Source: Babesia bigemina
Lineage: Eukaryota
Direction: 5' to 3'
Assembly (NCBI RefSeq): GCF_000981445.1
Contig: NC_027217.1
Coordinates: 1,302,001-1,366,000, forward strand
Length of the DNA stretch: 64,000 bases
Below, in pieces: positions 25,332 through 36,468 of the stretch (positions are counted from its first letter, which is position 1; each line of letters begins with the position of its first letter). The translations under genes and the position numbers were made by a program. The notes beneath the pieces are model-generated. The model was not told the DNA's origin. It was given only the letters and a program-made list of their open reading frames with translations, and did no database searches.

Positions 25332-25815
25332 ATGCCCGATACCATCTGGATGTCTGAGGAACACCATAACCATCGTTGAGATAGGAGTAACCAACCTGGA
25401 CAACCTACTGGATACGGAGAAGTTCAAGAAGCATAACTAGGAAGGCCTTATCGAGTACCTGAAAGCGCGACGGTTTAACCAGCAGACCAAGATCCGGGTT
25501 ATCCCCTACGTGATGACGTGGGAGGGAATAGTGACAAAGGAGCACAGCAAGTATAGACGGGACCTGGGCATATCGGATCGCATGGAGGCCCACATACAAA
25601 AGGTAGTGATCCAAGAAACACATAAACTAGTGATGAGGGAGACGAAACCGAGAGAAGACTACGCTTGTGTGGAAGACCCCCTGGTACCAACTGGATGGAT
25701 GCCATCATGGACAACATACATTGCACCTGCAATAATAGGGCGCATAACGCAACCAATACTAATAACCTACAAGGTGGAATTCATATGCACAAAAAAGGGG
25801 TCAACCCACTCATAA
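25332..25815 (+). mobile_element. 3' relic of a non-LTR retrotransposon: restriction-like endonuclease (RLE) domain
   Basis: MPDTIWMSEE/(+1)ITIVEIGVTNLDNLLDTEKFKKHN*EGL...IRVIPYVMTWEGIVTKEHSKYRRDLGISDRMEAHIQKVVIQET matches the recalled PD..E.G.T...K..KY..L...IPYVMTWDGIVTK RLE C-terminus. One frameshift and one stop. Confidence 0.75.
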
Positions 25816-25908
25816 GCACTAATAGTACACTGAAGAAACAAAAACAAAGACAACCATTGATTAACTTTACATTATACATTAGTGCCAGCGGTGTTCTTTA
25901 GCTTTACT

Positions 25909-28464
25909 TTAAAGCGCACTAGGAGAATAGAAGGCACCTCGAGCAGCTGCCTGCTGTCCGGCCGATAGTTGGTTTAGTTTCAAATGTCTTTGAGTCACCT
26001 TTATCACTTGACCGTTCATATTAACGTACTTGACTTCAATGGGGTTCGACGGTTCGGTTAGTGAACGCTCCGAATTAGTGTTTCCAGGTGTCCTGTAATG
26101 AGAAGTGTTTGGTCTTTCCATGGGAGCAGTAAAGCACCGGTTGTCTATTACATTGTTATGAGATGGCGATGTTGAGTATCCACACAACAGTTTGGAGAAG
26201 ATTCCGGGGTGTACATCTTCATTCAAATGTGGCGCACGAATTGAATTCGATATCGGAGTAAAATGGTCAAACGTAACCGTTTTGCTTGACGGTGGGCCTA
26301 TCGGCGGGCCGGTTGACAGGGGGTGCATGTGTGAGGTACGTGTTGTAATGCATTTGCCATCATTTATTGGGTTACCCACAAGATCTATTTCTCTGGGTGC
26401 GGTAATATTTATTCCTCTCCCGTTTTTGATGGTCTCTGCAGCGACATTTGAATCTACCATTGTTTGTTTAACGGAAGAATCAATGCATTGACGCATCTGT
26501 TCAATGATTACTGTAGCCTTTTCATTCAGATGCTGCAACGTGCTGCTTGTTTTAACAACGGCATTAATCTGCAGCTCGGACTGTTGTAGAACCTGTGAGA
26601 ACCTTTCAATGATACGTTCACACTCGTTTGAAGCTTCCGAGCACGTGGTGATCTCATTAGATGCATGATGCAGTGGAGGACTGTTTATGAGGAATTCCCC
26701 AACATCCGGCGTAGCATTTTCCGTTTTAAATGCAGCTGCGGCGTTTAGGACAGCGTCTTTCACTTTCAATTCCACTGTTTCGTGCACGTCTTTTGCAATG
26801 GCGTCCACCTTGGCAGCGACATCTTGCATTATGGCGATTTGCACCGATTTACATATGGCGTCCCTCATTGCCGTATCGTCTTCATTTTGCGGCTCTTTTA
26901 TTCCACGTAATTTAAGGTCGACAGCATTTGAGACTTGTTTTATGACATCTCCGTTAAGCTTTTGCACGCGATCATCAATAATGCGGTAGAAATCTTGTGA
27001 GAGTTTATCTTCCACATTTATGCTAAAGACGCCGAGTTTACCGTCACACTCTTGAGCTGCAGTTTCCACCGCTCTGGCCTCGATTTCAGCACCCAAACTT
27101 TTAACTTTCTGCATTATATCATCTAGTTCATGCTTCATCACCACGTCGCTCCACTTGGAGTCAAAGTTGGCGCACAACTCATCTTTGATATTTTGACCTC
27201 CTTTTTGTATCATTGAATCGACTTCGGAATAGAACGCATCAATTCTTTGCGCGAATCTTGTTGCTTCCTGATTTGCCTGCTCAATTTTTGAATGGATTTC
27301 ACCTAAGTCGGACCTCATAATCCGGATCTGTTCGTTAACTTGTTCAACCTTTTCATCGGATTGTTTAGCTATACTTGCCTCTATGTTTCCGACTATATCG
27401 TCGGAGATTTGCCGCATCTTTTCTTCACACGATGTAATTCGAGAGACAACATCGTCAATTTTGTCTTCGACGTTTCGCTCGACACTGGCCATATGAGAAT
27501 TCATAGCATCACGAGTTTCGTGCAGCACCTTATTTAGCTTTTCGTCGATGCCTTCTTGTATGGATAGTTGAACAGCTTCTTTGGCCTCCTTAATTGCCCC
27601 CTTTATACGAGCATTTAAAGTATCCTCATTGACCTTCTGTACAAGGAGCGTGGATATCTTTTGTTCTACTTTCGAGGATTCACTGCTGATGAGCATGGAG
27701 ACTTCTTCTAAAACTTCGTTTGCAGCCTTCTTCACCATTTGCTCATGCTCGGCTCGCATGACCCTAATTTCCTCGTCGTAAGTTTCTCTGAAACTACACA
27801 GCTTTGCATCAACTAACTTGTCTACTATTTCTTCGATTTTTTGAACGTCAAATCGATGCGTTCCTGGCTGCACAAATGTACACTCGTAGGTACTGCCTGC
27901 AGCGGATAACACAGAGGAATTTGCATCAGATTCAGACGTTTCCGGGTTGTTGAGTTCAGTTACTATGGAGTCGACCTTGTTGTGCTGAATAGGTTTCAGA
28001 GTCCCGTCACCTTGGGCTTTCCTCAAGTGTTCCTCCAGTTTGTTTACCTGCTGCTTAACGGCACCGGATTGCTCTGATAGGACCCCCAATCCCCAGCGAG
28101 TGCTAGCCGGTGCGCTATCTAGGCTCAAATCTTTCGTGCAGCCACTGTTGAATCTGGCCATGGTTTGGCTAAACCAACCAGCCGCACCGGTGTCGATCCC
28201 ACCTTTGTATGCAATGGATGCCAACTCATCACATGAGCTATCCACAATACAGTCAGACTTGCCGTCACAGCTGTCTGCTCTCACAAAAGCCTTGATTTCT
28301 CCATCTTCTCTGTGCACGGCTACCATGTTGACCATGTTATCGGAACCCTCAGTGCGCTCCACAGGGTCGGATTCATTTGGTGCCTGCATTTTCGCCGCAA
28401 TACTTATATCGTCAGTCATAATATACGTTTTATTTACGTCACATTGACCTTCCTTCAGTTGCAA
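25909..28464 (-). CDS. Large coiled-coil hypothetical protein (true start probably in upstream exons)
   Basis: 851-codon ORF with a long heptad-rich helical middle. The ORF begins at a TTG, so the 5' end is unresolved. Confidence 0.75.
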   Translation of the reverse strand: MQLKEGQCDVNKTYIMTDDISIAAKMQAPNESDPVERTEGSDNMVNMVAVHREDGEIKAFVRADSCDGKSDCIVDSSCDELASIAYKGGIDTGAAGWFSQTMARFNSGCTKDLSLDSAPASTRWGLGVLSEQSGAVKQQVNKLEEHLRKAQGDGTLKPIQHNKVDSIVTELNNPETSESDANSSVLSAAGSTYECTFVQPGTHRFDVQKIEEIVDKLVDAKLCSFRETYDEEIRVMRAEHEQMVKKAANEVLEEVSMLISSESSKVEQKISTLLVQKVNEDTLNARIKGAIKEAKEAVQLSIQEGIDEKLNKVLHETRDAMNSHMASVERNVEDKIDDVVSRITSCEEKMRQISDDIVGNIEASIAKQSDEKVEQVNEQIRIMRSDLGEIHSKIEQANQEATRFAQRIDAFYSEVDSMIQKGGQNIKDELCANFDSKWSDVVMKHELDDIMQKVKSLGAEIEARAVETAAQECDGKLGVFSINVEDKLSQDFYRIIDDRVQKLNGDVIKQVSNAVDLKLRGIKEPQNEDDTAMRDAICKSVQIAIMQDVAAKVDAIAKDVHETVELKVKDAVLNAAAAFKTENATPDVGEFLINSPPLHHASNEITTCSEASNECERIIERFSQVLQQSELQINAVVKTSSTLQHLNEKATVIIEQMRQCIDSSVKQTMVDSNVAAETIKNGRGINITAPREIDLVGNPINDGKCITTRTSHMHPLSTGPPIGPPSSKTVTFDHFTPISNSIRAPHLNEDVHPGIFSKLLCGYSTSPSHNNVIDNRCFTAPMERPNTSHYRTPGNTNSERSLTEPSNPIEVKYVNMNGQVIKVTQRHLKLNQLSAGQQAAARGAFYSPSAL

Positions 28465-29412
28465 TTACGATTCGCCATCATTGTCGAATCCTAACCTTAG
28501 GTCGTGTGGTCCTACAAAAGGCGGTTGTAAGCTGCCTTCCGATATAACAACTTGGAGAATGAGGCGTTAAAAATGGCCTCTGGAATTACAGTATCGGCCT
28601 CACCCCGTTCCGCAGAGTAAACTCTCCAGCTGTGATTGCTTAACGAGGCACGGCGCCATGGGCACGCTTCTTCCCTGCCCCCAACAAAATTTAGTTCACC
28701 AAACTAAAATAATCGAATGCGTGAAATATGTCAACTTTCTGAATGGCAAGAGTGTCTCTTGGCGCATCGCGCGATATAGTTGTCACGGTGTTATGCAGAT
28801 AAGGGCAAAGATGATTACCGCGACCAAGCATTCTGCTAGCACCGGCGCAGATTGAACAACACATGTAGAAGGTAAAGCATGTCTGCATCATCGCAGGCGC
28901 TGTGCAACTTGATGAGCTGGCCTCCAACCGCCCTAATCCGGACCCGGGTATCAGTCGTCAGCAGCACCTATAACCTCACAACCATTACACATACGTTATA
29001 GCCACTTAGATACATGTTTCGGGACGGTAAGAATGGTCGCATTTCTCCAAACAACATTGTGAACCCTTGCGGCATACGCCTGTCTTCCTCTTGAAATTCC
29101 ATTTTTTACAGCTGTCTGCATCTTTGTGGGACCCAAAACCTTTTCTATCTTTTATTTTGCGACTAGACGTACAAATATATTAACTATTATGGCCAATTAA
29201 ATAGGGGTTACTCCGCCTGTAGGACCTTCCGCAGCAATATGAGAGTAAGCGTCGCTGGATTCCCAACTGTTGTATTTTCATGGATGATTCTGGGTGCAGA
29301 AGGCATGGTGTACCGTGTGGAAGCCCGTTGAAGGCCCTCCTATATAATTTAGTTTGGTCATCGTTTGCGTTGTCTCGGTGAGATCGCAATATTTCTGTTT
29401 GCACGTGACAAG

Positions 29413-30523
29413 ATGCTAATTGCCCAGTTGTTTCAGAATCCTGGGTTGCTACGTCATCTGCCATTTCTTTGTTCCCGCCGTTTATTCTCCGCTTCGCCGA
29501 TTGACGTGTTCAGCTTCGGCTACTCTGGCCGTACGGTAACCTTCGAATTCCGTGGCGTCCCTTCGCTTTGTAAGAAGCGGTTGGGCACAACGGATTACGT
29601 GTCCAACAAGAAGATTGTAGAAGCCGCCGTGTCTGCAGTGCCAACATGCGACTTGGTCGCTTTAGGTGTTGGTTCTCCTGAGTTGGACGTCATCAGGCGT
29701 TACCTTGTGTTCGAAGAGTCCAAACAATCCAAGAATGCCAGTGTGCGTAAATTCAAAGGCGCACGTCACCTGTTGAATGGCTATAGGCAGCACATCCACG
29801 TGGTCACCGGTGCTGATGCCGCTGGAATTAAGGTCGTTGCCATCGGCCGCAGCAAACGCTCGGAAGCTATTAGTTTCGGCGAGGCTGCCACCGGTCACAA
29901 GTTTGAGTTACTGAGACTGTTATCGCTATATCTGCGCAAGGGTGACGTGTTGAAAGGTTCGTCTGTGGCAGCATCTGCTGATCCTGTTTGCAGTGCCCGA
30001 AATCCGAGAGGACTTCAAGTTGGCTGCCCCGGCCATATACCAAGCGGTTGTAACCGAGGGCGCCGTCTACTGCCTTTGCCGTTTGCACGAGAGCATTTAC
30101 AGTTAGTAACGCGTATTATGTGCTCACGCCCGCGCAGATATCGACACTATCACGTTGAGCCGTAGAAGGAATGTGAAAGTCCTCGTGGTCGTGGACGATT
30201 GGCTGGTGCGTGAGTTGGCGCACATGGTGCGCAGAAAGCTGCCACAGCTCATTGGGGAAAATGCCCCCCCTGCAAGGGAAACGCTGGAAAACATTGACAA
30301 CCGCAGCAGCGCGGGTTGGAGGCGCTTTCTACTCCGCTTTGTTGTGCTTCCTCTGATAGTTGTAGTCGGCACGGTGGGATATAAACTCTGCGTGCTGCTC
30401 GGCGCCCCCTTTATGGACTGCGTTGCCCGTTTGAGCGGGCGAACAGCTTTGGGCATTAGCGCAAGCCCCGAAATGCAGCTCGGCAGCTCCAAGGCGCAAT
30501 CATCTAACACATCGAGGGACTGA
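29413..30523 (+). CDS. Conserved hypothetical protein, possibly divergent TraB-domain (TRABD-like) with mitochondrial presequence and C-terminal TM; 3 exons
   Basis: Presequence-like start (..CSRRLFSAS). DLVALGV, AGIKVVAIGRS, APAIYQAVVTEG.VY and KVLVVV fall in TraB motif order. TM segment FVVLPLIVVVGTVGY. Introns about 29942-29994 and about 30103-30138. Confidence 0.45.
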
Positions 30524-30588
30524 GCGGCGGCACATTAGCATGTTGCTGTAATGGTAGCTATTATATTTTATTATTTGGTGTATGGTGT

Positions 30589-32030
30589 TTAGCCGTCACT
30601 GTGCTCCATGCTGCTATCGGTGGCGCTACCGCCGTCATTGCGTTCGTAGTTACCAGGGGCACGGCTAAGCGACCTGGAATGTCTGTCGTGCGTCCTGCTC
30701 CTGCTCCGGGAAGAGCTCTTAGACTTCCTTGAGTCACGATGCCTCAGCTCTGCTCGTCTTGTTTCATGCGGCGACGGTGACGAGCTAACTGATGATGAGC
30801 TGCTTCTGCGGCATTTTCTTGAGCTATATCGCTTTAAATGACGTCTTCTGTATCCGCTTGAGTGGCTGCGTCTGCGTTCGATTTGGTAACTTCTAGAGCG
30901 AGCTCTGTTTGATCGTGATCGGCTACGATCCTTATGTATTGTTTTGTCCCGCGTTGAGATAGCATTCCTATCCCTTTTACTCCTGCCACGGTCACCTTTG
31001 CGATGTTGCGGCGTATGACTGCGCGATACCGAGCTGTCGTGTGAGGCATCGCTGTGCGATCTACTGGGCGATGGCCTGCTAGACACACTACGGCTAGTGC
31101 TGCGGTAAGATTTATGCCCTGAACCCCTTCTTTTCCTGTAACTACGGCTTGGGCTCCTATGGCGACGTGAACGTTCCCTGCGCCGCATTCTGTCTCGTTC
31201 GGTGCTTCTGTCGGCGGATCTATCGGTGTCGCGTTCGCTGGACGAACTGCCGTGTGAACTCGGTCTTGAGTTGGAAACGCTGCGTAAGCGTCTGTATCTT
31301 TGTCGACGTGTTGAGTGAGAGCCGCGGGACACATCGCTGTCGGCGGAGTAAGACCTGCTTGAACGTTTGTACTTTTTGACGTGTCGACGTTCGCTATATG
31401 GCGTGCCTGATCGCGATGCGCTCCTTTCCACGTCCCTACTATGCGCACTGTGAGATGGGCTCTTTGGTCCTTCCATGGAATGCGACCGACTCCGACTAGG
31501 CGTGGAGCTGACGCTACTTACAATTTCATCCCGTTCGCCTAGTGATGTGCCTTGGTCTTCCGCCTCTACATCCCTTGGTTTCGCTCCATGGTCAGTGTCC
31601 TTTATTTTCAGCGCTTCCTTCATCTTCTGATTGCGCCGCGCCTTATCCTCCGCTAGTTGGTTGCTGTCGTTTCTGCAGCGCAGTGTATAAGGGCAACATT
31701 GCAAACGTACTCTCGGCGATCGTAAACCATACTATCCTGCTCCAGCAGCTTCATGAGCCGCTGCCTCTCATTTGCTATCAACTTGTCCAATTCTTCCGTG
31801 CTCATCTGACCTTCCTTCAGTACGCGCAACTCCAAGAGTTTGACTTCCAGCGCCCTAAGTTTTTCATGTAGTGCGATTTCGGGGTTTGTACGCAGCTTTG
31901 GGCGCGTGATAACCCCTTGCTGGTCATGCCCTTTGGCGATCCTGACGGGCCGCAGAGTCGCGAGGCTTTTTTGGACGTATCCATTCGTTCCACTGCCTCT
32001 CGGCGTGGTAAGCCCTACACCGTTAAACAT
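30589..32030 (-). CDS. CWC21: Pre-mRNA splicing factor CWC21/SRRM2-like, 2 exons
   Basis: MFNGVGLTTPRGSGTNGYVQKSL N-terminus, cwf21 domain (HEKLRALEVKLLEL) and RS-rich tail. A GTACG...TGCAG intron at about 31710-31674 restores the frame. Confidence 0.9.
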
Positions 32031-32713
32031 TTTGCGGCGTTTTACTGGTAATGTAAGGTATTTGGCTGTCTTAGAATTAAGTGCATCAGGGATGGGGTGT
32101 TGCGCCACCTTCGAGCCGCTTTGGCATGGAAGACAGTGGCTTCGCCGTGGATTCCTCAGCTCTTAGCGTACAGACATGTCACACTTTTTACGGTGCGCAT
32201 ATTACTACAAATTTGCGGGAGAGTTGTTTCATTTGTGAGGGGATCTTTTGTCCCCGAGGCCACGATGCGGAGGCCCATTGTCCAACCCGAAATTTCGGCA
32301 GTGGCCCGGGTTATACCGGCGAAATAGCGCAGTTGCGTAATAACACGCCATATAGCGCACATCCGCGCTTCGGCCTGTGCTGCTATATCCGCGCCTGCGC
32401 CGTCTATATCCCCTTGTGTCATACACACATTCGCGTCAACACACACCGCATTATGGTGTCTCTTACACCGACTACTTCTTCTGCAAGTTTAAAGCAGTAT
32501 CCATTGCCTAACTCGTTGCTGTGTTCAGGCTCTTAGCGCGCTATTGTTGTGCTGCTCGGCTCGCTGCGGTTGAGAAAGCTGTGGGGATTTGCTTCGCTCT
32601 TTGTCAGCACATCAAACATTCCCGATATTTTTCGTTAGTTGCTGTGCTCTTTTCGATACAGCATAAGGCCTCATTTTTTGTTTGTTTTGTGAGAGAAAGC
32701 AACAACGATCAAG

Positions 32714-35215
32714 ATGGTGAACTTCACGGTGGAGCAGATGCGCGAGATCATGGGTAACCCCAAGAACATCCGCAACATGTCCGTGATTGCGCACGTCGAC
32801 CACGGCAAGAGTACTTTGACTGACTCTCTTGTCTCCAAGGCTGGTATCATCGCCGCGAAAAACGCCGGTGATGCGCGTTTCACCGACACGCGTGCGGATG
32901 AGCAGGAGCGTTGCATCACCATTAAGTCTACCGGTATTTCCATGTACTTCGAGCACGATCTTGATGACGGCAAGGGCATGCAGCCTTTCCTTATCAACCT
33001 GATTGACTCGCCCGGACACGTCGACTTCTCATCGGAGGTGACTGCCGCTCTTCGTGTCACGGACGGTGCTCTTGTTGTCGTTGACACTATTGAGGGTGTG
33101 TGTGTGCAGACCGAGACAGTGTTGCGTCAGGCTTTGGGTGAGCGTATCAGGCCCGTGCTGCACGTCAACAAGGTTGACAGGGCGTTGCTGGAGCTTCAGA
33201 TGGGACCGGAAGAGATTTACATGACCTTCCTTCGTTGCATTGAAAATGTGAACGTCATCATTGCTACTTACAATGACGAATTGATGGGTAACGTTCAGGT
33301 GTACCCTGAGAAAGGTACCGTGTCTTTCGGTTCTGGTCTTCACGGCTGGGCTTTCACCATTGAGACTTTCGCTCGCATCTACAACACGAAGTTCGGTATT
33401 TCGAAGGAGAAGATGATGCACTACCTGTGGGGTGACCACTTCTTCTCCAAGAGTGGCAAGGTATGGCTTTCCGAGGCTTCCCCCGAAGCACCTGACCGTG
33501 CCTTCTGCAACTTCATTATGAAGCCCATCTGCAGTCTGTTCACGAACATTATGAACGACAACAAGGATAAGTACCTGCCCCAGCTGAAGTCTATTGGTGT
33601 TGAGTTGAAGGGTGATGACCGCGAGCTTACTGGCAAGGCCCTGCTCAAGAGGGTGATGCAGATCTGGTTGCCTGCTGGTGACGTGCTTTTGCAGATGATT
33701 GTCAGCCACCTGCCTTCTCCTTTCGAGGCCCAGAAATACCGTGTGGAGAACCTGTACACGGGTCCTATGGACGACGAGGCCGCCAATGGCATCCGCAACT
33801 GTGACCCCGACGCTCCTCTTATGATGTACATCTCGAAAATGGTACCGACCTCGGACAAGGGACGTTTCTACGCGTTCGGTAGGGTGTTCTCTGGTACCGT
33901 CGCTACTGGCCAGAAGGTCAGGATCCAGGGCCCCAAGTACGTGCCCGGCGAGAAGACCGACCTTCTTATCAAGAACGTCCAGCGTACCGTGCTTATGATG
34001 GGTCGTTACACCGAGCAGATCCAGGATGTGCCATGTGGAAACACTTGCTGTTTGGTTGGTGTCGACCAGTACATTTTGAAGAGTGGTACCATCACCACCT
34101 GCGAGACGGCCCACAACATTGCTGACATGAAGTACTCCGTGTCCCCTGTCGTGCGTGTGGCTGTTAAACCCAAGGACTCCAAGGATCTGCCGAAGTTGGT
34201 TGAGGGTCTTAAGAAGTTGTCGAAGTCCGACCCTCTGGTCGTGTGCACCACCGAGGAGAGTGGTGAGCACATCATTGCCGGTTGTGGTGAGCTTCACGTT
34301 GAGATTTGTTTGAAGGATTTGAAAGACGAGTACGCCCAGATTGACTTCATTGTTTCTGACCCCGTCGTGTCTTACAGGGAGACTGTCGGTGCCGAGTCTA
34401 GCATCACTTGTCTGTCGAAGTCGCCCAACAAGCACAACAGGCTGTTCATGAAGGCCGAGCCCTTCGCCGAGGGTCTTGCTGAGGCTATTGAGGAGAACGA
34501 GGTCACGTCTAGGGATGATGCCAGGGAGAGGGCCAACCTTCTTGCCGACAAATTCGAGTGGGACAAGAACGCTGCCTTGAAGATTTGGTGCTTTGGTCCT
34601 GAGACTACTGGTCCTAACTTGATGGTGGACATGACGACTGGTGTTCAGTACCTTAACGAAATTAAGGACCACTGCAACTCTGCGTTCCAGTGGGCCACTA
34701 AGGAGGGTGCTCTATGTGACGAGAACATGCGTGGCATTCGTTTCAACCTTTTGGATGTGACTATGCACGCTGATGCCATCCACAGAGGTGCTGGTCAGAT
34801 TATGCCTACTTGCCGTCGTTGCCTGTACGCCTGTGAATTGACTGCCCAGCCTAAGCTTCAGGAGCCCGTGTTCCTTGTGGACATTAACTGCCCTCAGGAC
34901 GCCGTTGGTGGTGTCTACAGTACGCTGAACCAGCGTCGTGGTCACGTGTTCCACGAGGAGAACAGGGCTGGCACACCCCTCATCGAGATCAAGGCCTACT
35001 TGCCAGTCGCCGAGAGTTTCGGTTTCACCACTGCTCTCCGCGCCAGCACTTCCGGTCAGGCCTTCCCGCAGTGTGTGTTTGATCACTGGCAGTTGATGAA
35101 CGGTGACGCGTTGGAGAAGGGTTCCAAGTTGAACGAGATTATTCTGGCCATTAGGCAGAGGAAGGGTTTGAAGGCTGAGATTCCTGGTCTCGACCAGTTC
35201 TACGACAAGTTGTAA
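32714..35215 (+). CDS. eEF2: Translation elongation factor 2
   Basis: [20 protein letters not shown] and NKVD G-motifs; diphthamide loop [11 protein letters not shown]; 833 aa. Confidence 0.99.
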   Translation: MVNFTVEQMREIMGNPKNIRNMSVIAHVDHGKSTLTDSLVSKAGIIAAKNAGDARFTDTRADEQERCITIKSTGISMYFEHDLDDGKGMQPFLINLIDSPGHVDFSSEVTAALRVTDGALVVVDTIEGVCVQTETVLRQALGERIRPVLHVNKVDRALLELQMGPEEIYMTFLRCIENVNVIIATYNDELMGNVQVYPEKGTVSFGSGLHGWAFTIETFARIYNTKFGISKEKMMHYLWGDHFFSKSGKVWLSEASPEAPDRAFCNFIMKPICSLFTNIMNDNKDKYLPQLKSIGVELKGDDRELTGKALLKRVMQIWLPAGDVLLQMIVSHLPSPFEAQKYRVENLYTGPMDDEAANGIRNCDPDAPLMMYISKMVPTSDKGRFYAFGRVFSGTVATGQKVRIQGPKYVPGEKTDLLIKNVQRTVLMMGRYTEQIQDVPCGNTCCLVGVDQYILKSGTITTCETAHNIADMKYSVSPVVRVAVKPKDSKDLPKLVEGLKKLSKSDPLVVCTTEESGEHIIAGCGELHVEICLKDLKDEYAQIDFIVSDPVVSYRETVGAESSITCLSKSPNKHNRLFMKAEPFAEGLAEAIEENEVTSRDDARERANLLADKFEWDKNAALKIWCFGPETTGPNLMVDMTTGVQYLNEIKDHCNSAFQWATKEGALCDENMRGIRFNLLDVTMHADAIHRGAGQIMPTCRRCLYACELTAQPKLQEPVFLVDINCPQDAVGGVYSTLNQRRGHVFHEENRAGTPLIEIKAYLPVAESFGFTTALRASTSGQAFPQCVFDHWQLMNGDALEKGSKLNEIILAIRQRKGLKAEIPGLDQFYDKL

Positions 35216-35523
35216 GCATTTCCACAGCACTCCCTTGAAAATTCTAACCTCGATACACCTTAATGTTACCAAAGATCGTTATTTGTGTCTAATGTTTGCT
35301 TTTTGGCGGGGCTTGCCTCCGCGCCGCCGAACCCCCGGCGATTGCGTGAATGCGCTGCGGCGCTTGCTGGACACCCGCACATGATTTTGATTAGCAATGT
35401 TGCCTTATATGCGCGTTTGGTCGTAGGCGTGGCATAGTGTGTTAACGTGTCTGGTGTGTCACCTGCCTCCTGGAGGGGTCTACGCCGACGCGGTTCTCTT
35501 CTGCCAGTCTTCCAGCCTGTAAA

Positions 35524-36464
35524 ATGCACGATCCTGAAAGTGGCGATACATCCGATGAGATTATCGAGTTGACTGAGGGCTGGTCGGTGTGCAACGACGA
35601 CATCTACAGCATAGCCAATCAGCTATTATCGCTAGCTTTCGCCGTGAAGTATTTCGGTAAGTATGCAAAGACTTGTTTTTACAGTTCCCAGGTGACGATT
35701 CCAGCCGTTCGCGACTTTTGGGCGTTTGCGAATCGTTTTACTCGGAGCTGGGAGCGCTTGGCGAGCAGGTGGAGCCGCGCCCCGCCTTCAACTACGATCG
35801 CGTGTACGAGTGGCTTCGTCGTACGCTGGAGGATCGTTCTGCCGCGCCTGAGAGCGAGGATGTGTTGGTAGACGAGGACAAATCGACGCTGTACGCGATC
35901 TGTCCGATATCACGTCGTGGCATCTCCCAACCAGTGTCGCAGAAGTATGCGATTCTTGTATGCAACTGACATTGAGCAGGTTCTCCTACGGAGATGACTC
36001 ATGCGACCACGTGTTTGACCAGACGAGCATAAAGGAGCTGATACGCGCGTCCAGATGCACGTCTGTCAGTTGCCCCGTGGCCGGTAAGTGCATTATGCTT
36101 TTAGTTACTGCCTATTTGCCACTGCCATTTCCTATACATGTGCATCACGTGGTACTTTTTAGTGGTAGTATGAACTCTAAGTGGTATGGAATGACGGTAA
36201 TGGAGGCACGGGATGTGAGTTTGCAATCGCCTTCACCGATTGCTCGGAGTGAGGTCCATGCCCCTAGCTGACGCTTTGACCAGGCTCATTACGTGAACGT
36301 TTCTCATTGACGTAGCTACATGGTTTGCAGCCTGCAGTAAGAAGGTATACGAATCTCGTTTGCACCGGGACTGGGAGAGCGTCCACTGGAAGCGCCACCA
36401 GGAATACCTGAAGGCCCTGGAGAACGCCAAAGGCCCAAGAGGCGGCAGGGCACTTTACTTATGA
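35524..36464 (+). CDS. NSE2: SP-RING E3 SUMO ligase NSE2/MMS21-like, 4 exons
   Basis: Spliced reading gives AICPIS...SCDHVFDQTSIKELI...VSCPVAACSK. GT-AG introns at about 35657-35691, 35946-35979 and 36084-36330 keep the frame. TGA at 36462-36464. Confidence 0.75.
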
Positions 36465-36468
36465 CAAC

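Noticed and set aside
30834..31448. 204-aa alternative-frame ORF
   Set aside because: Off-frame reading of the RS-rich CWC21 tail.
33029..34672. 547-aa antisense ORF
   Set aside because: Shadow of the strongly codon-biased eEF2 gene; no recognisable motifs.
36110..36205. Imperfect inverted repeat in the long NSE2 intron (possible intronic ncRNA)
   Set aside because: Pairing is weak and no clear C/D or H/ACA boxes were seen.
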